From positions 29,202,001 to 29,266,000 of the forward strand of contig OX597842.1 in assembly GCA_951406725.2 (NCBI GenBank): a stretch of 64,000 bases of DNA. Direction: 5' to 3'. A program made the translations under genes and the position numbers. Numbering within the stretch: position 1 is the stretch's first letter; every line of letters starts with the position of its first letter. The notes beneath the pieces were generated by a model. That model worked only from the letters and a program-made list of their open reading frames with translations, did not search any database and was not told where the DNA came from. Below are positions 14,911 through 29,000 of this stretch, in pieces. Source of the DNA: Octopus vulgaris (Eukaryota).

Positions 14911-17039
14911 CAAAATAAGAAAATGGAGAAATACACCTTAATCAATAATCAACTACCAGATAATACCCAATCACATAATTTATTAACCAACTACATATGA
15001 ACATCAAGGTCAAACATAATAGTACAGAACAAAACAATGCACATCAATGAGTAATATGATACAATAAGTAAAGGAACCGAAACATGTAAAATTCATAAGA
15101 AAATTAAAATTTATCGAATATAGTAGCGTTTTCAAACCTCTTTTTTACAAATATATATACATATATAAACAAATACATATACCCGAAAACAACCACGCAC
15201 ACATATATGTATATATATACATACACATACATACTGTTAACTAAAATAGTATTAAGAATCATTAAAATTAAGATAATATTAATTGTTAATACAACGAAAG
15301 GGGTTGGAAGGGTAATTCGTAATATACAAAAAAGAGGGGCCTAAAGGGGTAGAAAAAGGTAAGGGTTAATAAAAGGCAAAGGTTGGAAAATATTGAGAAA
15401 AAATTTATAAGAAGGGTATAAACTCAAAACCCAGATTTACCATAACCAGTGTAAAGAAGATGTAGGTTATTTGCATAAGATACATAATTAAAAATTACAC
15501 CACATATTCCGTAAACAATCAGAAGACTAGGAAACCGTCCAGATATCAACACTTGTAAATTTTATCTGAATATTTTCCAACAGTAATCAGACACAAGAAC
15601 AGGAGTAAAGAGGAGGACAATCTATTAAATGAACCCCTGGATATTACTGGTACAGATTTTGAGCCCAGGAGTTGAACTTGGAACACAAACGGATCAAAGT
15701 AAGGGGATGATTCTGCATTTAGCCCAGGGCCAGAGGAAAGAGGAAAATTTCAAGAGAGCGGGGTGGGTGAGGTGTTTTACATGGAATGAAAGGAAGAAGG
15801 GAGAGGATTTGAACCTGTAACGTTGAGGTAACCAAGGATGAGATGAAGTAAAGAATCCAGTCAGGTAACAACAACAACAATAACAATAATTATGATGATT
15901 AATTAATGAAGTTAGATTACAGTGTCATTAGAGTGAGAGAGAGAGAGAGAGAGAGAGGGTGAAGCATGACGACCCATGGTGGGATTATGACATGAATGAC
16001 TCGAAACAAGAAAACAAAGATTAAAGAAACAGATTTGGATAATCCAAATCCATTGGGGACTTACTTTAGAACTGCCCAATGGAGAGGGGTGTTACCGTCT
16101 TCGTCCACCTTATTGGCATCGATGCCTTTCTGTTGCAGGAGAAGTTCAACAACTTCTGTGCGTCCATGAGCAGAGGCAATATGAAGAGGGGTGAGACCAT
16201 GCTTGGTCACAGCATTAACATCGATGCCATTCTGTTGCAGGAGAAGTTCAATAACTTCCTTGTGTCCATGAATAGAGGCAATATGAAGAGGGGTGTGACC
16301 ATGATTGGTCACAGCACAGATGTCAGAGCCATTCTGTTGCAGGAGAAGTTCAACAACGTCCGTATGTCCTTCCTGACAGGCAAGATGGAGAGCTGTGAAA
16401 CCATCTTCCTTCACAGCATTAACATCGATGCCATTCTGTTGCAGGAGAAGTTCAACAACGTCCGTATGTCCCCGCCGACAGGCAATATGGAGAGCTGTCC
16501 AACCATCTTCCTGCACAGCTTTAACATCGATGCCATTCTGTTGCAGGAGAAGTTCAACAATGTTTATTTGTCCATAGAGACAGGCATCATGGAGAGATGT
16601 CCAACCCAAATTATTTTGCTGATTAACCTAAAAAAGATGAACAATAAAGACATTAAAGATGGTGTTTATTGGGGGAAGAAGGAAAAAAATGAAAAATGTC
16701 AGAGAAACAGAATCAGATTAATTTAAACAGGTGGAATGAAGGTGAGGGGAAAATAAATGAGATTTATAATGTATCTATACACACACACACACGTGTATGC
16801 ATATATATATACTCTCGCACATACATATATACATAAATACCTATATATACATACGTGTTTTATATCTTCACGGATCATTTGTTTATGCATTTTTGTGTAT
16901 ATATGCGTTTATGTGTGTGTATATTTGTGTATGTATGTACAGGTCTGTGTGAGCTGAAGAAAAGTTTATAATTAAAAACATATAAATATAAACTGTTTCA
17001 TATACATATAACACAAACCAACATACATATCATATACAT

Positions 17040-17073
<34 letters not shown>

Positions 17074-17345
17074 TCGCTGACCTGTAAATTGTTATTTTCT
17101 TTGCTATTTAACAGGACTTTGACTACATCTTCATATTTATTCCACACAGCCAGATGTAGAGGTGTGTCGCCCCCTGAGTCCTGCTTATTAACATTTGCTC
17201 CACTGGAGACTAAGAAGGCCACAACATCAGTTTTGTGGCTGAAAGGAAGAAAAACAAACATAAAACATCACATTCACTTAATAATTACATTAAATATACA
17301 CTCGTGTTCCAGTAAATGCATAAAAACCTATGTATACTACAGCCT

Positions 17346-17387
<42 letters not shown>

Positions 17388-18620
17388 CAAATATGTATTA
17401 TGTAAAGGCAAACCTACACAAATGTGCCCCAGGCGAATGTTTCCTTATAACTTCTAGAAAAATGGATGTTTTTCAATGAAATTTCTTTCACAAATATCCT
17501 TCAGATGGCAAATATTCCAATTATATCGGAATTTGTTGTGAGAAAAACCTTTTCGGTGGGTGGAGAGAGAAATTTAGGAAAGTTCACCCGAGTCGGCTTT
17601 CTTTCCAAAAAAATAGATATTTTCAAATGAAATTTTCAATAAAACCGTTTCAAATGGTGAAGATTTCGATTATATCGGAATTTAATATGAAGAAAATTAT
17701 AAAAATTGGTGGATTCGCACAGATATACACTGACACAAAACAGAAAATAAAAAGATGAACTTTGGGAAAATAACCGTGATGTGTGTCAGTATGTATGTGT
17801 GCGAAACCATCAAATTTTTAAAGTTTTTTCATGTTAAATTCCGATATAATCCTAATCTACACCATTTGAAAGGGATTTGTAGAAATTTTCACAGAAACAA
17901 AATATCCACTTTTCTGAAAGTTATAGAAAAACAAAACGGATTTGGGTGAATTTTGAGAAAGTCAACTCCTCAACGTTTGAAAATTTGTTTTTACAACAAT
18001 TTCCGATATAATTGGAATCTTCATCATCTGAAGCATTTTTGTCAAAGAAATTTCATTAAAAAATATCAATTTGTCTCAAAGTTATAAGGAAACAAATTCG
18101 TCGTGGGGCCCAGTTGTGTAGGTATGCCTATACATATGGACGCATATATATATTTATATATATAAGCCTGTCTCGCGTTTTCGGCATTTCCTGTTTCATT
18201 AAGTTTTTTTTCTATTTCGAACCTCGTCCTGCCATAGAGATTTCTCCCTCGTGGGGTCTCCCTTCTCTCTCTCTCTTTCCCCCTCTTCTATCTAACACGC
18301 CAATCGTCCCCCCCCCCCCCAGAAAAACCCCTAATCTCTATATAAACCAGTGTTTGCTCGGTTCCTGCCTCTACTCGATTCCTCATTGCTTTGCTTCGGA
18401 TGATAAACTTGGATTTCAGAAATGTGCAGCTAAGATAACCTTGTTTCATTACCGTTTAGGCGCTGATCTCGAACCCCGATACCTTCTCCCCTCTCCATTA
18501 ACTATCTCCCTCCTCTCTATTTTAAGAATTTTAACCAATGAAATCCCAACATCTTCCAATTTTAACCAATGAAATCCCAGCATTGCTGCGTTATCGATAT
18601 TGATAACACACACACACACA

Positions 18621-18654
<34 letters not shown>

Positions 18655-20045
18655 CACATGCATATACATTTGCACAAGCACATAGTAATTAATATATAAG
18701 CGTACACACACACACACACAAACGACACACACACACACACTCTCTCTCTCTCTCAAACACATGCATATACATTTGCACAAGCACATAGTAATTAATATAT
18801 AAGCGTACACACACACACACAAACGACACACACACTCTCTCTCTCTCTCTCTCTGCATATACATTTGCACAAGCACATAGTAATTAATATATAAGCGTAC
18901 ACACATACAAACGACACACACACACACTCTCTCTCTCTCTCAAACACATGCATATACATTTGCACAAGCACATAGTAATTAATATATAAGCGTACACACA
19001 TACAAACGACACACACACACACACACACACTCTCTCTCTCTCTCTCAAACACATGCATATACATTTGCACAAGCACATAGTAATTAATATATAAGCGTAC
19101 ACACACATACAAACGACACACACACACACTCTCTCTCTCTCTCTCAAACACATGCATATACATTTGCACAAGCACATAGTAATTAATATATAAGCGTACA
19201 CACACACACACAAACGACACACACACACTCTCTCTCTCTCTCTCTCAAACACATGCATATACATTTGCACAAGCACATAGTAATTAATATATAAGCGTAC
19301 ACACACATACAAACGACACACACACACACTCTCTCTCTCTCTCTCTCTCTCTCAAACACATGCATATACATTTGCACAAGCACATAGTAATTAATATATA
19401 AGCGTACACACACACACACAAACGACACACACACACACTCTCTCTCTCTCTCTCAAACACATGCATATACATTTGCACAAGCACATAGTAATTAATATAT
19501 AAGCGTACACACACATACAAACGACACACACACACACTCTCTCTCTCTCTCTCTCTCTCAAACACATGCATATACATTTGCACAAGCACATAGTAATTAA
19601 TATATAAGCGTACACACACATACAAACGACACACACACACACTCTCTCTCTCTCTCTCAAACACATGCATATACATTTGCACAAGCACATAGTAATTAAT
19701 ATATAAGCGTACACACACACACAAACGACACACACACACACTCTCTCTCTCTCTCTCAAACACATGCATATACATTTGCACAAGCACATAGTAATTAATA
19801 TATAAGCGTACACACACATACAAACGACACACACACACACTCTCTCTCTCTCTCTCTCTCTCTCTCAAACACATGCATATACATTTGCACAAGCACATAG
19901 TAATTAATATATAAGCGTACACACACACACACAAACGACACACACACACACTATCTCTCTCTCTCTCAAACACATGCATATACATTTGCACAAGCACATA
20001 GTAATTAATATATAAGCGTACACACACATACAAACGACACACACA

Positions 20046-20079
<34 letters not shown>

Positions 20080-20549
20080 CACATGCATATACATTTGCAC
20101 AAGCACATAGTAATTAATAATATATAAGCGACACACACACACACTCTCTCTCTCTCTCTCAAACACATGCATATACATTTGCACAAGCACATAGTAATTA
20201 ATATATAAGCGTACACACACATACAAACGACACACACACACACTCTCTCTCTCTCTCTCTCAAACACATGCATATACATTTGCACAAGCACATAGTAATT
20301 AATATATAAGCGTACACACACACACAAACGACACACACACACACTCTCTCTCTCTCTCTCTCAAACACATGCATATACATTTGCACAAGCACATAGTAAT
20401 TAATATATAAGCGTACACACACATACAAACGACACACACACACACTCTCTCTCTCTCTCTCTCTCTCTCAAACACATGCATATACATTTGCACAAGCACA
20501 TAGTAATTAATATATAAGCGTACACACACATACAAACGACACACACACA

Positions 20550-20583
<34 letters not shown>

Positions 20584-20757
20584 CACATGCATATACATTT
20601 GCACAAGCACATAGTAATTAATATATAAGCGTACACACACACACAAACGACACACACACACTCTCTCTCTCTCTCTCTCAAACACATGCATATACATTTG
20701 CACAAGCACATAGTAATTAATATATAAGCGTACACACACATACAAACGACACACACA

Positions 20758-20791
<34 letters not shown>

Positions 20792-21595
20792 CACATGCAT
20801 ATACATTTGCACAAGCACATAGTAATTAATATATAAGCGTACACACACACACACAAACGACACACACACACACACTCTCTCTCTCTCTCTCAAACACATG
20901 CATATACATTTGCACAAGCACATAGTAATTAATATATAAGCGTACACACACATACAAACGACACACACACACACTCTCTCTCTCTCTCTCTCTCTCTCAA
21001 ACACATGCATATACATTTGCACAAGCACATAGTAATTAATATATAAGCGTACACACACACACAAACGACACACACACACACTCTCTCTCTCTCTCTCAAA
21101 CACATGCATATACATTTGCACAAGCACATAGTAATTAATATATAAGCGTACACACACATACAAACGACACACACACACACTCTCTCTCTCTCTCTCTCTC
21201 TCTCTCAAACACATGCATATACATTTGCACAAGCACATAGTAATTAATATATAAGCGTACACACACACACAAACGACACACACACACACTCTCTCTCTCT
21301 CTCTCTCAAACACATGCATATACATTTGCACAAGCACATAGTAATTAATATATAAGCGTACACACACACATACAAACGACACACACACACACTCTCTCTC
21401 TCTCTCTCTCTCTCTCAAACACATGCATATACATTTGCACAAGCACATAGTAATTAATATATAAGCGTACACACACACACAAACGACACACACACACTCT
21501 CTCTCTCTCTCTCTCAAACACATTCATATACATTTTCACAAGCACATAGTAATTAATATATAAGCGTACACACACATACAAACGACACACACACA

Positions 21596-21637
<42 letters not shown>

Positions 21638-21920
21638 CACATGCATATACATTTGCACAAGCACATAGTAATTAATATATAAGCGTACACACACACACAA
21701 ACGACACACACACACACTCTCTCTCTCTCTCAAACACATGCATATACATTTGCACAAGCACATAGTAATTAATATATAAGCGTACACACACATACAAACG
21801 ACACACACACACACTCTCTCTCTCTCTCTCTCTCTCTCAAACACATGCATATACATTTGCACAAGCACATAGTAATTAATATATAAGCGTACACACACAT
21901 ACAAACGACACACACACACA

Positions 21921-21954
<34 letters not shown>

Positions 21955-22749
21955 CACATGCATATACATTTGCACAAGCACATAGTAATTAATATATAAG
22001 CGTACACACACACACAAACGACACACACACACACTCTCTCTCTCTCTCTCTCAAACACATGCATATACATTTGCACAAGCACATAGTAATTAATATATAA
22101 GCGTACACACACATACAAACGACACACACACACACTCTCTCTCTCTCTCTCTCTCTCTCTCAAACACATGCATATACATTTGCACAAGCACATAGTAATT
22201 AATATATAAGCGTACACACACATACAAACGACACACACACACACACTCTCTCTCTCTCTCTCAAACACATGCATATACATTTGCACAAGCACATAGTAAT
22301 TAATATATAAGCGTACACACACATACAAACGACACACACACACACTCTCTCTCTCTCTCTCTCTCTCAAACACATGCATATACATTTGCACAAGCACATA
22401 GTAATTAATATATAAGTGTACACACACATACAAACGACACACACACACACACACACTCTCTCTCTCTCTCTCTCTCTCTCAAACACATGCATATACATTT
22501 GCACAAGCACATAGTAATTAATATATAAGCGTACACACACACACACTCTCTCTCTCTCTCTCTCTCTCTCTCAAACACATGCATATACATTTGCACAAGC
22601 ACATAGTAATTAATATATAAGCGTACACACACATACAAACGACACACACACACACACTCTCTCTCTCTCTCAAACACATGCATATACATTTGCACAAGCA
22701 CATAGTAATTAATATATAAGCGTACACACACATACAAACGACACACACA

Positions 22750-22797
<48 letters not shown>

Positions 22798-24035
22798 CAC
22801 ATGCATATACATTTGCACAAGCACATAGTAATTAATATATAAGCGTACACACACATACAAACGGACATATACATACACACACATACGCACACAGCATACA
22901 TTACACGTTCGTGTTTTGCCCCTTGCCGCAACAAATTTGCACAAAAGGTAAATAAACCAGAAGGGGGGGAGTTCAATGTTTCATCGTTTCGGGGTCGATA
23001 AATTAAGTACCAATTACGCACTGGTGTCGAGGATTTTTCCCCAATTTATATCACAGCTTCCGACAAGCTGGGGGCATCATTTTATGAAAAAATACTTCGC
23101 AAATTTTTACAATACGACTCACACTCCACGCGCAAACTCGAGACCGATTTAGGCATATTATTGTTTTGTTTTTGTTGTTTCTGGCCATTCAAAACCATGG
23201 GAGAAGCCTTTTTGGTAAAAAAAAAATAAAGAAAATATTCAAAAAATATCGTTAATATTTTTATTGGGCGACGAAATTAATCGATTTAAGAGATATAGCT
23301 GTTATTTCTAGCACATGTAGAAGACAGAAGAAGAGGTAAATAATTTGAGCTCGAATGCTGCGATTTCATTGGTTAAAATTCTTAAAATTAAACTACGTTT
23401 AAGTTACGAATTACAATTTTGTTTTCAATTTTGTTTACAATAATGTTTTCTTTTGACACATTCTACCAGTATACGAAGTTTCAAATTGTTTAGTTAACTA
23501 GGAAAATCTGGCCCTCAAAATGAAAAGATCCTATATGGATATATACCTGTGCATACCTTCCTTCTTGTGACACTTGTGAAGACCTGTTGAGGCAAGTGAA
23601 AATCAAATCAAAATAGATGAACATCAATGGAATTTGTATCTTTCAGGAAAACCAGTGCCGGTGGCACACAAGAAAATCATCCGAACGTGGCCGTAGCCAG
23701 TACCGCATAGACTGGCCTCCGTGCTTTGGGGACGTAACAAACACCATCCGATCGTGGCCGTCCGCCAGCCTCATCTGGCACCTGTGTCGGTGGCACATAA
23801 AAACACCATCCGAGCGTGGCCGTTCGCCAGCCTCGACTGGCACCTGTGTCGGTGGCACATAAAATCACCCACTACACTCTCGGAGTGGTTGGCGTTAGGA
23901 AGGGCATCCAGCTGTAGAAACACTGCCAGATCTGACTGGCCTGGTGCAGCCTTCGGGCTCCCCAGACCCCAGTTGAACCGTCCAACCCATGCTAGCATGG
24001 AAAACGGACGCTAAATGATGATGATGATGATGATG

Positions 24036-24082
<47 letters not shown>

Positions 24083-25691
24083 TATGAGCAACTGAAATGT
24101 GTATATTCATGAATGTAATCTTAATATACAGCAAGCAAATGTGTGTGTATATACATATATTAATAGGTGAAGGTATAATGTATACATATTTTCGACCCAG
24201 CAAGACCATCTTGAGTTTTAGTTTATACATCCCACAATGTATAGCTTCTTCTCATGTCTACCAAATACTGCTTTTAGCAGAATATACACACATATTAGAG
24301 AGATCGTCACAGATTATATAACTATATAATGAAGGAAAATCGTTTTGTGAAAGAGAGAATGTCTGACAATTATAGACAAACTGATCGAAGGCAGATTTCT
24401 CATCAATCCCAAAAAAAACAACGGATCTTTTCCTTTTGAACGGCACATGGCAACACAATTTCTAGTTAACTAAACACTTTTAAACTTCGTATACTGGTAG
24501 AATGTGTTTATAAAACATCATTTTTTCTTGGCTTTATCGAGAAAATTCTATATGTTGTAAGATATTTCCACTTTAATTTCAAGCATTTCGGCAATTTTAA
24601 CCAATCGCTGGAGTCTATTTGGAGTGAAAACATTCCGTGCTGTATGAATATGTCCCTCATTTAAGAAACAGATTGGGTTTATTTACATTTGTGAAGTAAA
24701 AAAGATACCCTTCCCCCACCCCTAACCCTAAGCCTAACTCACCCTAACTCTAACCCTAAATCTAAAATAGATTGAAATGCAATAGATCGATACTAGGTTT
24801 ATAATTATGGGTGACAATTTCATACGACACCGCTACGGAAAATGGGATTTTTTCGAGCAGTGTCAAATGAAAATGTCACCCATAATTATAACCCTAGTAT
24901 CGATCTATTACATTTCAATCTATTTACAGATTATTTACTGCCATAACAAGCTATAGGATCTTTCTTCTTGTTTTAGATCTCAAATAACATTTTCTTTGGA
25001 GAAAAATTGATCGATTTCTCCAAAATCAATATCAAGAGAGGACACTGAATCACACAGCGTCAATCTTAAGAACTGTTGGATCTCAAAGAATATCTCCAAA
25101 ACAAAAAGAATCTGTTACGACAAGAAATGATGAAAAAGATTTTTGTGATTCAATGAAGAGGATTCATGGAGAAAATGAGAAAAAGATGTTATTTGGTTAC
25201 TACTATCATGTTGTTATCGTGTCACACTGCCACTATTATGGTATCTTTGGATATTCAGTTTGTCTGGAATTGCAAGAAATTTTGAAACAAAAGCAGATCT
25301 GTAGATTTTAGTTAATTCAAGCCTTACTTCACCACTGCATAATGCAATGCTGTCCACTTCTTGTCTTTGTCACCGATGTTGAGATCAGCGCCAGATTCTG
25401 TCAATAAGGTTATTAACTCTTTATTGCCTCGTTCACAGGCAGCCATAAGAACCGTAACACCATTTGAATTTCTGTTGTTGACCTGAAGAGAAGAAAGTGA
25501 AGACATGTGAAATATATTAAAGGAGAGAGAGAGAGAGAAGAAAGAGAGAGAAAAGGGAGAGAGAGAGAAGAGAGAGTAAAGAAGATGCAGGAGTGAAAAA
25601 AAGGAATACGAAAGAGAAATAAAGATAAACACACACACACAAATGCATGCACACACACACACATACTCACACATGCACACACACATGCACG

Positions 25692-25726
<35 letters not shown>

Positions 25727-25980
25727 CATGTTGCAGGGGTTTTCTCAGCCAGAGTTTGCCCTTATTTAGAGTTACACTCCTCCTAGACGAGTCAGGAGAC
25801 CTTGTAGACACAGGCGTGGCTGTGTGGTAAGGAGTTTGCTTTCCAACCCCATGGTTCTTGGTTCAATCTCACTGTGTGGCACTTGAGTGTCTTCTTTTAT
25901 AGCCCTGGGATGACCAGAGCTTTGTGAGTGAGCCTGACAGAAAATGAAAGAGACCCATCATACATATGTATGTGTGTGTG

Positions 25981-26028
<48 letters not shown>

Positions 26029-29000
26029 TATATATAAGCGTGCACACACACAAGTATGTGAGTGTCTAATTATATATGTGTAAATATGTATTTGTGTATA
26101 TATGTGTGTGTGTGTGTGATATATATATATACATGTATCCTCATTCTATATGAATCAAGATTGGAGCCTGGTGCAGCCATCTGGTTCGCCAATCCTTAAT
26201 CACATCGTCTATACTGATATGTATGCATGTATGTATGTATAGGTTACATCTCCAATCTGGTATGCTCATTTTGTCCAGAATACCGAATTACTGGAAGCTG
26301 TCCACAGATGTACAACCACACAAATAGCCTCTCTCAATCACTTATTATTCCTTAAAAGTATTGCTTTTCCATGCATCAACACACAAAAGTTTTTATTTCT
26401 AGCAACTCACTTGATAGAATCCCACAAGATTATCCCTCATCTTTCAATAACAACTTTGACCACTTCTGCAATTTAATATCTTTACCACTCTGAGACATGC
26501 TTATAAAGTAAAAAAAAACACCCATCCCAGTTTCCATGATATCAGAAACAATATTTTTATGCTCAGAATTGTCAAGGCATGGAATAAACTATCTACATTG
26601 GTTGTTAGCTGTATCCTTCAAAAACACCACACTTTCTGTAATTCAGAAACACTACATCTGAGGTTCCTATGCACCCTTTCCTTTTTGTGGTTCTTTTACT
26701 GCTCCCTTTTATGTCTTTATGAGTTTTATTCTGTGTTATACTATGACATGCACTTTAGGCGACCATTGGTGTCTTTCTTGACATGATTTGTGCTTCCTGT
26801 CCTTTCATAGAAGTGGACAGAGCAATATCGAGGGAAACCAGTACAAATACCGTTTCATGGCAGATGGATGAGTCCTTCTTATGAAACATGAAATGTCTGT
26901 CTTTAGTTACAACCTCACTTTTGTCTGAGTGAAGGCCAAAAAAAATCAGTTGAGACAATCTTCCAGTTTATTACTGGTATCTGTGATATCAATTATGAAT
27001 TGAAGAGAACACTGACAAGATTTCAAACTTGGTACCTTATAGGAGACACACAGGTAAATAAGAGAAACCATCTACACTAACCAACAGCAGAGATTAGACC
27101 ATAAGATGGTGTATAAAGTAATTGGACAGGTGAAGAGCTATAAAGGGTCAAAACCCTCGGAAATTATTGTGTAGATTCTAAATATGTCAGACAGGGTTTT
27201 AGTTTTATATTCCCTGGAAAAGCTCATGAAATTCTACACTGTGTTATCACTGATGCCTGGCATAGTAGCACTTTCATTTAATGCTATAATGATGAAAGAG
27301 GTTTAAGAAATGGTGAGAGAAGAACAGGATGTTTGAAATGAAGCATGGATCTTCAGATGTCATATGTCTGGCGAAACAGCAACATGAGATCTACTTGGAA
27401 AAGAATGAAAGCAAATCTACAAGAAAGGTGTAGAGCACAGGTAAATCAAGGTGAAAAAGGCTTAGAAAGACTGTTTAGTTCATGCATAAGCTCAAGGAAA
27501 AGATTGAAAATCCTTTTATGTTAATCACTGAATCTATTACAAAGTAATTATTTGTGATTAGATATCTGCGACAACTTTGGAACGACACCAACCACAGCTA
27601 AATATGTGCAACTATGGAAAAGGAGGAGACAGAAATGAAAAGAAACAATGGAGAAAATAAGAAATATTCTGAAAGTAGGGATCAGAATTTTGAGCCTAAA
27701 TGAGGCAGCAGCAGTGTCAGGGCTTACATTAGTTTGTAGCCATACAATATGTAAGAAGGTGTGAGTGGTTCATACACAACTGTATTACACCTGTACAAAA
27801 AAACACTATTGACTTCACCTTGAGGAAAACACCTACCCTCACTAAACTGGCAGACATTCACCCACCATTGAAATACATGTATGATGGTCATCAAGAAAAT
27901 AAAGGATGTTTTTTCTGCATTTCACCATTTGTCAGCTGTCTTCCCTCCCAAATTAAAAGCCACATTTTCTGGTCTCTTACCTAGAGTATCTCTATAGATT
28001 TTACAGAATCATTCCACCCACCACTCCCTAACCATGATGGTTCTATACCAGTGCTTCTTGAACTTTTCAATTATGGCCCTTTTTTATTTACTAAGAGTTT
28101 TTCAATGCCCCTTTTCTTGCTATGATTCAATATCTCTGATTTTAATGTTCTCACTGGTCAGATTAATTTACCTTTGGGTCCTAGTCTTGACATGGGTGAC
28201 TACTTACCACAGCATCACCCCACAATAAGTGAACATTTGATGCATCACCACTTCACTTTAGTTTCTGATCCAAACTCAACTACACATTGAGTTTTATATA
28301 TTTGTACGACCATAGCCACCTTGGCTCCCTGGTCCTTATAAAATTTTCCACAAACCCTACCCAAGGGTAGCACTACTCTCTTAGGGAAGCCCTGTTTTAT
28401 AATTCTTGCTGATAGTGCCCTATCTGCTGACTACCAGCCAGTCATTCTAACTTCCAATATTTCAATTATGAAGTAAAAAGTCATAAACAACCATCATCTT
28501 TGTCCCTTTGGGTATCTTTCTCTATTCAATGAGCCCCAGAACAGTTCCATAAAGCCGGTTCAAGCAGGGGTCTGATTCCTATGTGACTCCCCAGTGTTTT
28601 GGTTATGTTTGACAACTTCTGCAAAAGAAATACTGTAGCCCTTGATGTCGGTAAAACCTTTAACTGTGTATGGCAAGAGAATTTCTTGACAAAGTCATCA
28701 TTTATCTATTGGGTCCATCTGTCCCCCATCTCTTGGACTGAATATTTCCTGCCAGAATACTCCATTGCAGTGTGTCAGGATGGGTTTCTCTCTCACTCAC
28801 ATTCCATCAATTCTGGCATGCCTCATTGTCTGGTTGAATATTTATAAAAAGTGACAATGATGAGGATTAGAGGAAAGAGGTAAAGAAAGAAATGAAATAT
28901 TATGGACGAATATATCTGGTTATTTAGGAACATCTAATATTGTGTATAAAATAATAAACAAACATTCAACATTGAAGAAGCAATATAAAGTAAACTTACT

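Larger units (their letters stand above)
11585..18303. repeat. Recent intragenic tandem duplication (~3.2-3.5 kb units, ~11585-14771 and 14772-18303) containing exons 3+4
   Basis: Intron sequences near-identical between units; both end in CTATCTAACACGCCAA (14771, 18303) and begin in a TA/TACA microsatellite. Confidence 0.92.

Noticed and set aside
16079-16726. Plus-strand repetitive ORFs 16079-16726 and 12751-13206
   Set aside because: Antisense shadows of the ankyrin exons.
18562-23021. Satellite as a CRISPR-like array or repeat protein
   Set aside because: The inter-core segments are only length-variable CA/CT runs, not unique spacers; eukaryotic context, no cas genes; ORFs are frameshifting satellite translations.
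26260-27900. Highly decayed LINE-like fragments
   Set aside because: Only faint motif traces; boundaries and family cannot be supported by eye.
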